Source of the DNA: Carcharhinus longimanus
Taxonomy: Eukaryota
Assembly: GCA_030264375.1 (NCBI GenBank)
Contig: JASCQW010000081.1
Span: forward strand, 92,119,768-92,183,767
DNA: 64,000 nt
Direction of reading: 5' to 3'
The position numbers and the translations under genes are program-made. Shown here in pieces: positions 1 to 15,100 of the stretch. Below the pieces are notes generated by a model, which was given only the letters and a program-made list of their open reading frames with translations, made no database searches and was not told the DNA's origin. The number at the start of each line of letters is the position of its first letter. Positions within the stretch are counted from its first letter, which is position 1.

Positions 1-139
1 AAGGTTAATGAAATAAAAGATCCTTGTGATACTTATGGGGCAGAAGGCAGCCTGCAAACCACAGTGCCACCGTCCGCCCCAGTTGGTTAGAAACACCCAA
101 ATCATTGCACTTAAAATAGACATTTTTCACCATACTTAC

Positions 140-148
140 CGTCCTCCA
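140..148 (-). CDS. Possible 9-nt micro-exon, xED
   Basis: tctttcttttccgacataaaaag|TGGAGGACG|gtaagt; consensus donor, atypical acceptor. Confidence 0.45.
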
Positions 149-3100
149 CTTTTTATGTCGGAAAAGAAAGACACGAGTCACTCAAGAGCTACTTCCAGCA
201 CGTTTGAACATTTCAAACATTACATTTGATATTCAGCATATAAAAAACGAGCATTAGGAATGAAATCGATTCAAATATTTGTATATTTCTATGTGAGAGT
301 CTGTGTTTGTAAATGATTCTGAGTAGGGCTTGAGGCCATTGCACTGTATGACATCTATTTTAAATTCTTGGAGGGAATTTTCCTCAGCCTCCGCGGCGTT
401 TACATGAACAGTGACTGGCACAGTCAGTGCGAAATTCACCGGAACTGGTAGATTGCTTAATATTTCGCACTTATTGATATTAGTTTGTCAGAACTATACA
501 TTTGCTTGCTGCTATAACGTAGTGCGATTTCCACAGTTAATCCCGGATGGGGCAAACAAAACAAGGTTACAGTCTTGCCAATGTGATGGGATCACCGTTT
601 TGGACTCGCAACAATTTAATTATGAGCGAAAGTCAATGAAAATGAGAATGTAATGAAATGTTAGCCGGCTGCCGGTTCGAAGTTCAACGCTTTGCACCAC
701 GGAGGAAAGCGGACGTTTGCTCCTCTTTCCTGATTTCTGATGTGGCAGCAAAACTTTGGCTATTGCTTGCCCCTGACTACATTATGGACACCCTCTTCTC
801 AGACAGGAGTATCGAATAAATGTATAAATTTCATTGTCCACAGCACCATGAGAATATGCAAATCCAAGCTATAACTCGCTTTGGAAAACATACTATTCCG
901 GCATTCAGCATAACTGAAACTGTAGCTAGTATGTTTTGGCCTCTTGTAGGCGAAAAATAAGAACGAATTGGTTTTTCAACTTATTTTCCATAGCTTAATA
1001 ATTCGAAACTGACGATGTCTATTCACAACGCAGGGCAGAGTTCCATTCATTTTGTTTCACCGGAAATCTACAGCTCCGATGAACTTCGCACTGACTGTCA
1101 GTCAGTGACCCATTGTCTATGTCAACGCCGCGGAGCCTGAGGGAAATTCAACAGGCAAAACTGAATCAATTAGATAAAAGAGCCAGCATTACGATTGGCT
1201 CGGAGTGAATATTCCAAATATGAGGCGATGCAAGAATATAAGGACATTATATAAGGGCAAATTCAAGGGCATTTGGAGCAGTCGACCATATGGGGCTTGA
1301 AACGTGCTCAGCGCCTCAATAGAATCATGGCTGAACTTATTAATCAACTCAATTTTCCAGTCTGTGTTCATGCATCTTGAACCCCTTAGTGTGAATTTTC
1401 TATTCAATAATTACGTTGCTGGAAGTTTCTGTGGTGGAGGGCACTTTGCGGAATGAAACGTCCTCTCGTCTCTGTTCTGAATATTTCGGTGCTAAAAATT
1501 CACTATAACATTTGGAGTATCATTATGCTAACTGGAACCTTGGGAGTAGTCGTGCGATGGAAAGGTTGAATAAAGCGTGCAATACATTGGCGTCACATTA
1601 TACACAATGACAGATATTAAATCTATGAAGGATAACGCGTTACTTTCTTAATTCGGGTTCCTGCACTACGACAGTAGCATCGTGGCAATATATCCCGGTT
1701 AAGATATTTAAACTTGCACGCTTCTTTTGTGATTCGCTTCACCTGTGGCACCATTGTAAAGCGAACCAAGATATTGACCCAATGTAGGGCATTTTTCTGG
1801 ATTGACTGTCCACAGCGCGTCTTTCAGCGAATAAAGAAGGGGTCGTTTTGAAGAAAAATAGTGTGGCAAAAACATTTTTAATAAATTTATTTGCTGATTA
1901 CGCGTCGCGAGACTGTCCGTATCTGGAAGTGAGACATGACTTAAACAAAACAGAAAAACAGCTTACCAAAGCGATGGTCACTAAATTATTGCAAAGAGGG
2001 CGGCATCGGATCATATCGGCATTTGTCCGATGCCACGTCTGATGTTTCTTTACAGTGATTTCAGTGCAACTGAATATTAATCACTGAGTATAACGGGCTG
2101 CCAACCCAAAGCCCACGTTATGCGGCAGATCTCCAGGGGATTTCCGATCCACAAATGCCGCAATTTGGAGAATATATCACGTACAAACTGTTCGTTGCCG
2201 TTCTCCGATTCAAACGAGATGACGTTGTTGTTGCACCAAGCTGTTCACCAGACAAAAAGAACTCTCGGCCGAGGTTACCGGTTATTCGGAGAGTGGAAAG
2301 ATGATATTTTTGTATTCATTCAAGGGATATGGGGTTCCTGGCAAGGCCAGCGTTTATTGCCCATCTCCAATTAACCTTAAACAGCGTGTCTTGCTCGGCT
2401 ACTTCCTAGTGCTCTAAAAAGTCGGCCACGTTCTATAAAGTTTTCCATGTTGTATAAAGTGTTGGCAACTTTTTTTCCCCCTAGTGAACAATGTTTTCAG
2501 TTCCTTGACTAACGAGTTCTTTGCAACTGAAATTTGTGAGATTTCTGTGCAGGCGAATAGGTCTTGCTTACCTCGAGAAGGCTGTCCGAATCCTGAGAAT
2601 AAATAGCATGAAATGAAGGCTGCTGCAATGCACTTCCGGTATAAGCGGATAGCTATTGGATACCTTTTGCGGTGTCTATCAGTTAGACGCTATTTTACAC
2701 ATATTCGTGCAACTCATCGCGTCTAAAAGACGAATGGTGAAAGCTTCCATATTTCCCGTCGACATTAAAATTCACTGTCATGCGTTTCTTAACAACAAGC
2801 GAGCTACCGAAAGCTACAATATTAGGTAACTCCGTGTATTACAGAACAGCTTCATATTTTATAACCTGATGCAAACATGCAATCCAGGCACATTAATCCA
2901 TAACTATTAATACACTGCAGACTGATCTACAGAAGCTATGCTTTTCCATGCCCAGAGAAGCCAAACTACTGCTGATGTTTGTGGTTGTAAAAATGCACAC
3001 TTCTGTAATATTCCAGCCCAAAATCTTTCACTATTCTGCCAGAAAAAAAAAATATTTATGTTAATAGAACGTCAGTAAGAGGTAATCGTCTAAAGAAAGG

Positions 3101-6100
3101 TCAATGCATCACAGGCCGCCAATACTGTAAACGATCGTCGATTTACAAGCCTGGTTCAACAATTGCTCGAAGCATCGCATGCACCGTGTCAAAAGCGAAT
3201 GCTTCTAATCCGAATTGAATGCAGCGAATGCTGGAATTGCTAAGGTAGTTAGAGAAGCCTGACACAATGCAATCGAGCTGAAGGTTCTGCTTTGTTTGCA
3301 AATGCAAACTACCCTGAGTGTTGGAAATTCGAAATACAATCGGAACGTTGTAGCAATTCTCATCAGTTCGGGCGTGTTACCCACTGTTCTGTAAAGGCAG
3401 TTAGATAAGGCCCCTGAAGCGTTAACTCTGTTCCTCTTCACAGATGCTGATTGACCTGCTGAGAATTTCCAGAATTTTTTTTAAACTTGGCTTGCTTTGC
3501 AAGCCAGACTCTGCTGATTGGAGATTTTCCCCGCACTTTGCGCTTCAGTTGCTCGAGAGTAATGTTGTCAATTAATTGGTTCAGGCCTTTAATTTTGCCT
3601 TGTTCCATTAGTCTCCCCATCCTGATTCAATTTCCTGGTGCATCTTACGTTGTCCCTTCATGTCGCACTCTGNNNNNNNNNNNNNNNNNNNNNNNNNNNN
3701 NNNNNNNNNNNNNNNNNNNNNNNNNNNNNNNNNNNNNNNNNNNNNNNNNNNNNNNNNNNNNNNNNNNNNNNNAACTCTGCACCATTGGCTTTGGCAGCGA
3801 GCTGCAAGAGATGAAAAAAAAACCGATTGACATACACCGCCTGCCAGCTTTTAAGACAACGCGTTCCAAGGGCAAGTTTTCAAGAGACTAGTCGGATATA
3901 TCAAGAAAACAGGCCGTAACTATTTTGTTCCATTCAAGCAAAGTAACCCAATGCTGTCGAGAAGACTATTATTTTGATTATTGCCTCTCATTCCGTGGAT
4001 TTATCAGTCCTGATTGTCGAATTTGCTAATCTGTCAGTATGTGATGAGTTCTACGAGGTATTTTTGAACTGAAGTAAAAGTGATAATTTTGACACTGTTC
4101 ACGTTGCAAAACACGCAACAATAGCTAAGCCACTCAGTAAACTCTCTTCCGATTTTCGTTCACATTAAAATTAAATACATGCAGAAAACATGGCATTGCA
4201 AGCGCGCCAGAACATGTGTCCAACTTGGGTCGCTTAATGGAAGAACACGCACCACTTACCTTTGTAACCGATTTTTTACACTGAATTTCCTTTACCCCAC
4301 AGAGTTTTGAACTAAATCGCAGAGGCGGGTCAAATAATAGATTTCAAAAGTTAATGAGGAAAGACCTGCCAATGGTGCAGAATAGCGAGGCGAAAATTGT
4401 ACACAGATTTTGACAGGAAGGGGCAACATAAGATACACTAGGAAATTGAATCACAATCGGAAGAGTAATGAAACAAGGCAAAATTAAAGATTCTTTAAAT
4501 GAGTTCACGCAGAATTCGTGGCAAGTTGGATGTATTCATGGCATAAATTGAAATAGTTGGCTATGACATGAGAGCTATTTCAGCCACGTGGTTGAAAAGT
4601 GAAGAGTGGTGACTCGTAGATAGTGGTTCTTTGACAGTCAGGAAGGATAAAGTATTTGTAAATTGTGTTACAGTCTGTTAATAAAGAATGACGTCTGCAA
4701 GATGCAAAGTCGATATCCATGAACACAAGCAATAGCAAGAGAATTATGCACTGTTTTGAGTTGTTTACCAAAGGGCAACTGAAAGTCGCTACCTTGTGCA
4801 GTAGAGCATATGTCACGAGTTAATGAAATTAAAGACATCTACTTTATATACTTTAATTTCTCTCATGCCTGTCTTTGGGATTTGAGTACCCACGCATCTC
4901 AGTCTGAAAACACGGACATGTTTATACATTAATTAGTGCGGAAGGCTAATGGAACCTTGGCCTTTATTGCGACTGTTTTAGAATATGTAAGTAGGTAAGT
5001 AGGTACTACAACTCTACAGGATATGGTCGCCATTTCATCTAGAATACGATTTTGTTCTCTTTAATTAAGGAAGAAAATCCTTGTTTTTCCGCAGTTCAGA
5101 TAACTGTCACTGGGGTTATTTCTGGGATTAAGCTCTTGTTTTCTGGGGATTGTTTGAACATTTTTTTGGCATACTGATTGAACTTTAGAAAAATGTGAGG
5201 CCCTCATTGAAAACAATATAAGGCTCTGAGGGTTTCTGAAGAATAGATGCTGAGAGGATGTTTCCTCTTGTGGGGAACTCCAGGTCTATGGAGTACAGTT
5301 TCGAAAGAAGCGCCCTCCCATGTAAGACAACGAGTAGGAGGTTTTTTGCTTAGGGATTCCTTTACTGTTTGAATTATCGTTGTTTTCTTTTGCTGAAAAC
5401 ATGGAATGCGAACGGAACCCGAGGCCTAATGATTCAGAGTGCAGAGTATTGCAAATTGACATACCATCTGCTGGAGTTAGATCTGCAAAAGAAATAAGAG
5501 TCTACAAAGTAATTGTAATAAATCTACATTGTTTTTGCTTGTATCTGATTACACCAAGTGTTACAAAATTAACCATGCAACATGGGCTTAATGCGTAACG
5601 TCAATGATTTGGATTATTTCAGCCTCAGCGCCAATAACAAACCATAAACAAATTTATGCAAATACCTGACCTTCACTTGGCATAATGAATGCAATATTAG
5701 CCACGTGCATGTTTTAGTTTATAATGCATTTTACCTTTACTCAAACCACAAGAAGAGGCAATGACATTTGCGTATACCTGCAGATTCTTTTTGCGATTAT
5801 GACTAAAGTTTTGTCCTATTCATTAACGTGTAAGGATTGCGACACATTCTCTTAGGTACGTGGCGACAAATCGAATATTGTCATCCATCATTCTATAAGC
5901 AGTGCGCTCTGTAGAACTCTCTGTAGAGGTGCACCCTGTTTACTAATTGGTTTCTTACTGGTTTCCAGCTGAATGTGATCTCAGCAGCAGGAAAGGCGCT
6001 TCCATCTGCAATTCTTCCTAGATAGCTGGTGATGAGATATTTGCTGTAGCGCTCATGTCGTCGAATACAATTAAGGAAGTGTTTGTTCTGAATTTGTCCC

Positions 6101-9100
6101 TTTATCTTGCCAAATTAAGTTACTTCTGTTTCGCGTTTCAACTCCAACATGACATATGGGAATGGACGCAGCACGTAAATAGAGTATTGTTGAGAAGAGT
6201 TACGTTTCTTTTTAATTACTGTCTAAAAGCAAAAGGAAAACAGAGGCAAACACATTGTTTGGTGCACGGCTATGTTTCACTTTTTGGAATAAGGAAAAAT
6301 AAAGGTAAATCGCAAAACAAATTTATTAATCTAACTACAAGTGTGATTTAAATTTTAAGTGTATGATTTAGTCACGTCAGGCAGGGAAATAGAAACCTCG
6401 ATCAGCGCGATGCGGAAATAACTTAAGGTGTTACGAAAAAAGAAATGTGAATCACAAATGTTGCGAATATTTGACTTCATTAATAACATTGAGGATAATC
6501 GTAATCTATTTAAATACAATCAAGTCGCTGAGAAGGCAGGGCTAGTTGCAGCAACGTTTCGGTGAGGAAGAGAAAATAGCTGATTTACCTTGTCACAGAT
6601 TATGGAAATGCGAAATGTAGCAAACAGATTAAAGATGGGGCTTGATTGCTGAGGATAGGAGAGGAAGTGCACTCCATATGCGGGTCTGAATGATTTCAAT
6701 TCCGTCTTGCAATACAGAGCGGATATGGCGCTAATTTGCAAGTAGAATAACATCCACATTGGTACGAATGATAAGGGCAGATCTGATTTGATTTGATTTA
6801 TTATTATTGTCATATGTATTAGCATACAGTGAAAAATATTGTTTCTTGCGCGTTATACAAACAAAGCATACCGTTCATAGAGAAGGAAACGAGAGGGTGC
6901 AGAATGTCGTGTTATAGTCAGAGCTAGGGTGTAGGGGAAGATGAACTTTTTGCAAGTAGGTCCATTCAAAAGCCTGATGGCAGCAGGGAGGAAGCTGTTC
7001 TTGAGTCGGTTGGTCAGTTGATGCGTGATTCAGACTTTTGTATCTTTTTCCCGACGGAAAAAAGCGGCAGAAGGAGTGTCCGGGGTCCCCCCCTGCGGTC
7101 TTTAACTATCCTGGCTATGGATGGGAGTCTGGTTTGCGTGATGGATTGGGCTACATTCACGATCTTTTGTAGTCCCCTGCGGTTTTGGGCAGAGCAGGAG
7201 CCATACCAAACTGTGATACAACAAGAAAGGATGCAAATAGAGAGAGAGAGAAAGAGAGAGAGAGGTATTTGGCCATACTCCAAATGTGGATATTAAATTA
7301 GAAAGTGGATAACAGAAGAGCAATCAGCGGATTACTCCCTCCAGCAAGCGCAAGTGAGTATAAAACTAGAAGGATTAGATAGCTGAATGAGCCACTAGGA
7401 AGTTGGTGGAAGAGGGAGACATTTTGATTGTTGGAACATTGCGACTGGCTTTGGGATGCAATGTGTTCAGGAAACATTTGAAAGAAGGACAACAGTGAAA
7501 TAGTGGTATTGATTAAGGAGAGAATCGCAGTGATGGAGAGAGAGGGAGACAATGTTCCAGAGACGTCAAATAAAGACTACATTTGGCTGGAGCTAGGCAA
7601 GAAGAATGTGCAATTTCAAGGCTCCATGTAGGAGCAGCAACAAATGGAAAGGATTTAGTGGAATTAAAGTGCAAGGGAATGGCAAGAAATGTGCAAGAAT
7701 TTGAAAGCGGTTATTGTGAAGGACTTTAAATATCCGCAGGCAGATTGGAAAGGCTGTGCTCCTGCTCCTGGCTTACAAAAAAAGAGAAAACGAAATCGGG
7801 AAAATGTTGGTCTGAGGTATCGAATAATCCCTTATGGGACTGCTTTGAGTCAGTGGACTGGTCAATATTTAAGAACTCAGCGAACAACCTGAAAACGTAC
7901 GCCACTACATAACTGACTTCATTAGTAATTGTGTAGAAGACTTCATGTGTTCCCCAACCGGAAACCATAGGTGAACAGGGATATGCACTGTCTACTGACG
8001 TTCAGGTGTGAGGCGTTCAAGGCAGGCGACCTCGACTATACAAGAAAGCCAGATATGACCTACGGAGATGCATTTAAAACGCCCGAGGACAGTACCGGAA
8101 CAAGCTTGAGTCCCAGGCTAGCCACATGGACTGACACCGACTACGGCACGGTCTGTAAAACATAACAGACTACATGCTGAAGAATGTAGGATCACCATCA
8201 TCAATGCGCCCCTCCACGATGAGCTCAACGCAATCTATCCCGTTTTGAGCAAGACGTCAACGCGAGTGCACCCTCCACTCCGGAAATGTCGGTCGAACTC
8301 GTATCCGAGGTCAACATTGCAGATGTCAGGTCAGCCAGAGTTGAGGGGGATTAACTGCTTTCACTCTCGAAAATGTGGAGAATAATGGGGCACAGCTTTC
8401 GAGTCATTGATAAAAGAGGAAGAAAAAGCGACAGAAGGATAATACTTCTTCACGCAGCGAATGGCCTACAATACACTGCCTGAGCGGAGCCAAGCCCAAT
8501 GGAAGCATTCAAAGGGGAATTCAACTGATATCTGAAAGGGATGAAGATGCTGGATTCCGGGGAGAACGGGGTGCAGGGGAGGGGTGGAGAGGTGGGGGTG
8601 GGAGCGGGAGAACGGCACTAAGTGAATTTGTTATTCGAAAAGTCAGTGCAGACAGTGAGTGGTATACATTCCTCCTGAGCTGCAATAATTACGTGATGAT
8701 GCCACTCATCCAACATGCAACTGATCAGCGCTTGTTCGAGATCACAACAAAGAAAATGGGCATTATGTCAACCGTCTTTAAGGTTGTGCAGAATATTTTG
8801 ATTGTCTTGATTTTTTTCTTGAAAACCAATGCATTAAATGCCACATTGAATAATTATCACAACGTTTAATTCTAAATCAAACAGCACACATTCTGAACAA
8901 GTTCCCGTAAGTTTCCTCACTCGCAGCTTTGAGTTGGTCGATCAGTTTTCCAATTTCTGAAATCAGAATGAGAATGGACATAAGTTTGCTTCACTACAGG
9001 GGCTGTAGACAGCACGACTCGAAAGTAATTCATTTCACGAGAATACGTTGAATAATGATTCATCTGAAGCAGTTCCCAATCTGGAGTTTGGCTGTTTCTT

Positions 9101-12100
9101 GCATGCTCAAAGACAATGATGTGGAGCGAAAGAAATGACTCCTTATTTTCCTCTGGCGGTCACTGCAACGACTAAAGAGATTTCCGATTCTGTTGAATAC
9201 CTGCAGTGTCGACATACAAGTGTTTGACGTCGCAAAGTGGTATTGCAGAATCGCGGAAGTCAGTGATCATAAATTTGCACTGATTTCATTTTGCGTCATT
9301 AAATATTAAGTTGGATAATTTTTGCAATTGGCCGCACAAATTACAGATGTGGGGACATTGATTTACCTTTTGGTCACTGGTGGATATGAACGATACAAAG
9401 TAGTCGCCTATTAATCGCAACGGATTTTCCTAGCAATTATCTAATTTTAGTGGAAACCAGACGTGACGTTTAACACAGCACTTATTCGATATCATACGGC
9501 CTACCCTGTCGGCCGACGAAGAAAACATGGTTCTATCTACTTCATGCCTAATTTTTGAACATCAAATTTATGTTTTCCTTAGCGAAACATCTGTCACCTC
9601 TCAACTTACATATTGAATGTAAGTGCGCTATAAATGCTTGAACGCCACGAAATAAATCAGTGAACACTTTGAAATTTGAACTGAAATTGCAAAAACAGCT
9701 CTGTTATTCAGGACCCGTGCAGAAGTAGGAACAGTATACATCAGAACAGCAGCTGGTCCCCATTTGCACTGCTGCTCCAGGAAATTGAGCATTGAGATAA
9801 GTCAAATGGCATTACTTGGCAGTTGCACGATAAATTACCAAGTACTACAGTAGGATTAATCCATCTAAGTGCATGTAAAATTTACAAAAGTATGTTTCAT
9901 CTTCATTGCTGCATCTGCATCGAAGACTTGTTATTATAAATGTGAGCTTTCATTCCTTCCACTTTTCTTTTTATCAGAAATTAAAATAAATAACATTAGT
10001 ATTTTTTGAAGTTTGCTTTCATCTATTCCCTTTTTCCTTTCGAAAAGGATTTGAATATCATAACATGCTAGTTCAGAATTTTTCTCCGCGTAGTAACTCG
10101 TATTCAGTATGATGGCTTCCGGAGATTCTGAGATGCTTCCATTGCTCACATAAGTCTTGGGCTAACTGTAGAGTTGTGCTGTCCTAAAATGGCATTCTAC
10201 TCACAAAGAAACCTTCTGGCATTCGCATCCGGGGAACCTGTGGGCCTATGCAACTGCATTGTGGCTGCCGGTGTTCATAGAAACATAGAAACATAGAACA
10301 TTACAACACTGTACAGGCCCTTCGGCCCTCAATGTTGTGTCGAGCTATGTCCAATTCCAAGATCAAACTATCCCATTCCGTATAATTCTGGTGTGCTCCA
10401 TGTGCCTATTCAATAACTGCTTGAAAGTTCCTGAAGTGTCCAACTCCACAATCACAGCAGGCAGTCTATTCCACACCCCAGCCACTCTCTGAGTGAAGAA
10501 CCTACCTCGGACATCCCTCTTATATCTCCCACCATGAACCTTATAGTTATGCTCCCTCGTAACAGCTACATCCATTCGAGGAAATAGTCTCTGCACATCC
10601 AATCTATCAATCCCTCTCATCATCTTATAAATCTCGATTAAGTCGCCTCTCATCCTCCTCCACTCAAAGAAAAAAGCCCCAGCTCCCTCAACCTTTCCTC
10701 ATAAGACCTACTCTCAAAACCTTGCAGCATCCTGGTAAATCTCATCCGCACTCTCTCCAATGTTTCCACACCCTTCTTGTAGNNNNNNNNNNNNNNNNNN
10801 NNNNNNNNNNNNNNNNNNNNNNNNNNNNNNNNNNNNNNNNNNNNNNNNNNNNNNNNNNNNNNNNNNNNNNNNNNNNNNNNNNNNNNNNNNNNNNNNNNNN
10901 NNNNNNNNNNNNNNNNNNNNNNNNNNNNNNNNNNNNNNNNNNNNNNNNNNNNNNNNNNNNNNNNNNNNNNNNNNNNNNNNNNNNNNNNNNNNNNNNNNNN
11001 NNNNNNNNNNNNNNNNNNNNNNNNNNNNNNNNNNNNNNNNNNNNNNNNNNNNNNNNNNNNNNNNNNNNNNNNNNNNNNNNNNNNNNNNNNNNNNNNNNNN
11101 NNNNNNNNNNNNNNNNNNNNNNNNNNNNNNNNNNNNNNNNNNNNNNNNNNNNNNNNNNNNNNNNNNNNNNNNNNNNNNNNNNNNNNNNNNNNNNNNNNNN
11201 NNNNNNNNNNNNNNNNNNNNNNNNNNNNNNNNNNNNNNNNNNNNNNNNNNNNNNNNNNNNNNNNNNNNNNNNNNNNNNNNNNNNNNNNNNNNNNNNNNNN
11301 NNNNNNNNNNNNNNNNNNNNNNNNNNNNNNNNNNNNNNNNNNNNNNNNNNNNNNNNNNNNNNNNNNNNNNNNNNNNNNNNNNNNNNNNNNNNNNNNNNNN
11401 NNNNNNNNNNNNNNNNNNNNNNNNNNNNNNNNNNNNNNNNNNNNNNNNNNNNNNNNNNNNNNNNNNNNNNNNNNNNNNNNNNNNNNNNNNNNNNNNNNNN
11501 NNNNNNNNNNNNNNNNNNNNNNNNNNNNNNNNNNNNNNNNNNNNNNNNNNNNNNNNNNNNNNNNNNNNNNNNNNNNNNNNNNNNNNNNNNNNNNNNNNNN
11601 NNNNNNNNNNNNNNNNNNNNNNNNNNNNNNNNNNNNNNNNNNNNNNNNNNNNNNNNNNNNNNNNGGCAGTAAAAACTACCAGGATCAAATCGTTAGGTGA
11701 AAACGTATTTCATTAATCAATGACTAGTAACGCTATGGTTAGATGTGGAGTATGTGAATGATTAGAACAGATTGATGATATGCGTGATTTACAGATATCT
11801 TTTACAAGCAGTTGTCTCACTGTAATAAAAGTCATAAAGTTATTGTGCTGGCTATTGTTGGAATTTTACAAAAACACACTGTATAAATATATAAAATGAA
11901 TGATTCTAGACCATAGGATCCATAATATTATTTTGGAAAATTGAAATGCAAAGCACATTTTGTCCCTTGATTTCGTCGATATTATTTAGGAGAGAAAAAC
12001 TCGGAGATGACTGCGCGGGCTTCTAGCTGGCAATACATATTGTGAGAGCTAACAGCCAAGGTATTACAGAATGCTCCATCAATTTCACCATACGTTACCC

Positions 12101-15100
12101 TGTAACATTATAGGACAGAATTTCCCCTTCCATGATATGGCGGAAGAAATTGCCAGAGAAGTCCGAATTGCGAACGATAGTTTTTTTTTTCACCTGAAAG
12201 TCTCGTGGGGCTTGATTTTGTAAAGACGGAAGAAAATTGCTGAAATTGCCAACAGGCCGAGGCTAAATGTCTGCCTCATATTTGGTGGAGCAACAAATAT
12301 TTCTGCTTTTAGACTTAACTTCTCGCTGTACCTTTTGTGTTACGCGGATTGCACGATCTGATCTTATTTAGATTTGGATTATTTCCTGAGGCTGTTGCTT
12401 GTTTGAAGAGCAAGAACGAGGAAAACAAAATAAATTCATATGCTTGAGTTTGATCTGTAATTCCAATAAACCGAATTAAACTTGCAGAGATATTTATGAT
12501 CTTTCTCGCGTAGAAATGAAAGTAACATCCATAAACCCGTAATGCGTTCATGGATTCCTCAGGCTCTGCGGTGTCAGCGCTGCATTAACGCGTAGGGTGA
12601 TTGATCGTAAAGAGTGTCACTTCCTCCACGTTCTCAAATCCATCGCTGCTTGTATTCTGAATACTACTGAGAAAATACCTGGTTTCGTATGATTCTCCTC
12701 CTTTCATAACGACCTCGGAACATCCAACCAATTGATATTCCAGACTTAACTTATTTTAGCTGAGGTTGATATAATTATTCTAAGCATGTTATTTTCATTT
12801 CTCAAAATGAAGAAACTCATGTTCTGGACATTTGTTAAAATTTCACATTTAAAATGAGTTCTTACTGCTCGCTTGAAGAAGTTTTTTGCATTCTGGTAAG
12901 GGAGAATATGTGAAAAAGGGCAGTAAGTAAACAGTATTAATAATCATTCAATAGAATCCCTACAGTGCACAAGGAGGCCATGCAACACATTGACCCTATG
13001 CTTGGAACCGAACGTATTTACCCTGCTAATCCAGCTGACAGTGAGGGGCAATTTATCATGACCAGTCCACCTAAAATGCACATCATTTCGCAATATATCA
13101 TATGGGTGAATACGAAATATCTAATCTAGTCAAGGTGCTTGGTAAACCCGAAGAAAATGTCGCCTGAAATCACTGCTTTGAGAATGGCACGTGTATAGTT
13201 TTGCTTAATTTATAACATATTGCTAAGATATCAATAATTCGTCATCAAGATCAGTAAAGATACGTAGTAGGTGCATAGTAGTTGCGGCAGAATTTTGATA
13301 TGGTTACTTTCGTTGAAATATATTTGAAATTCGTTTGGCCGCATGTCTTCAGAAATTGTTCTTTGGGCAATGTGTATTGGCTTAACTGTTTTAACTCTCC
13401 GCGCAGTAGAGTTCTGAAGGAATATGACAGATCCCGTGAGCTGCACAGTGTCACAGTGATTAGCACTGATGTCTCACAGCGCCAGGGACCTGAGTTCGAT
13501 TCCCGGCTTGGGCGACTGTCCATGTGGAGCTTGCACGTTCTTCTCGTTTCTGCGTGGGTTTCCTATGGGTGCTCCGGTTTCCTCCCACAGTCCAAAAATG
13601 TGCGGGATAGGTGGATTGGCCATGCTCAGTTGCCCCTTAGTGTCCCAAGATGCGTAGGTCAGAGAGATTAGCGGAGTAGGTATGTGGGGTTACTAGGATA
13701 GAGCCTAGGTGGGATTGCTGTCTATGCAGAATCCATAAGCCAAAATACCTCCTTCTGCACTGTACGGTTTCTGTAATTCTATATTCCACCCATCAGCAAC
13801 CTCGGCAGAGATAAAAACTGTGATGCACCAATTCCCAGCAGTTTGGCTAGCTTGCTCTTTCAATTAAAATTTACTTCACTTAAGCAAATTTGCCCTTTGA
13901 GGCAGTAGAGCGCAACACAATACCGTTAAAGGAAGACACGATTGTTAGGATAAATGGTAAGGCCAGAAAAGCTTTCAAGGTGAACGGGCATTAACTGAAA
14001 AGTTCAATTAGTGCAGTTCCATGTTTTGTACAACACGGTTACATTGCTTCGACAAGGTTTAAACCGAAGAAAGTTTCCACAAGTCGAATAAAAGCAAAAA
14101 TCCAAAACTGTACAAAAAAATTAATTGTCGAACCGCAATTCCACCCAGGCCGTATGGGTGTAACCCCAAATATTTAGCCTGCTAATCCCCCTGACACTAC
14201 TAGGGTCAATTTAGCACAGCCAATCAACCTAATCCGCACATCTTTGGACAGTGAGAGCACCCGGAGAAAACCCACGCACACACGGGGAGAATGTGCAAAC
14301 ACCACACAGACAGTGACCCGAGGCGGGAATTGAACCCGATTCTCTGGTGCTGTAAGGCAACAGTGCTAATTACTGTGCCACCGTACTGCCTAATTCACAT
14401 CTACAGTCATATTCAACAATACCACAGCAAAGCTGCTCATTTTGCTTTAACCCTCTCTACAAAAATGACATGTCACCAGTCTGGAAAAAGAAGAAACAAC
14501 GAATTAAAATCTGAAGATCCCGTTAATCCAGGCAGAAAATTCCCATCTCTTTAAATATCCAATTTCCTTTTAAATGCAAAAATACTACGGTATTTATTAA
14601 AGTTTGCATTGCTTTATGGATGTATAGTAATAACACTACATGGTAAGATCCATAGAAATGTGGAGGCATTTAATTCATAGAATCGTAAAGTCAGTGAATA
14701 CCTGCAATGCAGAAAGTAGCCTTTCAGCCCATCAGGCCTGCACCGACAACAATCCCACCCATGCCCTATGCATTTGCCCTGCTAATCTCCCTGATGTTAA
14801 AGGGCAATTGAGCAAGGGGAATCCACTTAAACTGCCCATCTTTCGGACTGTGAGAGGAAACCGGAGCACCCGGCACCCTGGCGGTGCGAGGCAGCAGTTC
14901 TCACCATTGTTACCTCATCCTGTCCTGATATCACCAGAAGACCATTCGATCTATTAAAAGCAGGCGTGGTACAAAACAGTAAAGTTCAAGACATACTGTG
15001 GCACGTCGCTCTGTCGGAGATTGAAATATGCAAAGCCAACATCATCATTCCCCTTTGTCCGAGAGTGACGGATGAAGGGAGGGCCTGGGCAGGTCACGTG

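Noticed and set aside
1967-1980. 14-nt candidate exon with a gtaagc donor
   Set aside because: Frame-shifting length and too close to the 1902-1922 candidate.
4260-4280. Consensus donor aag|gtaagt with a 21-nt candidate exon
   Set aside because: Purine-rich acceptor and TAA in phase 1; I could not define a compatible exon.
13442-13510. tRNA-like A and B boxes
   Set aside because: These are SINE heads, not tRNA genes.
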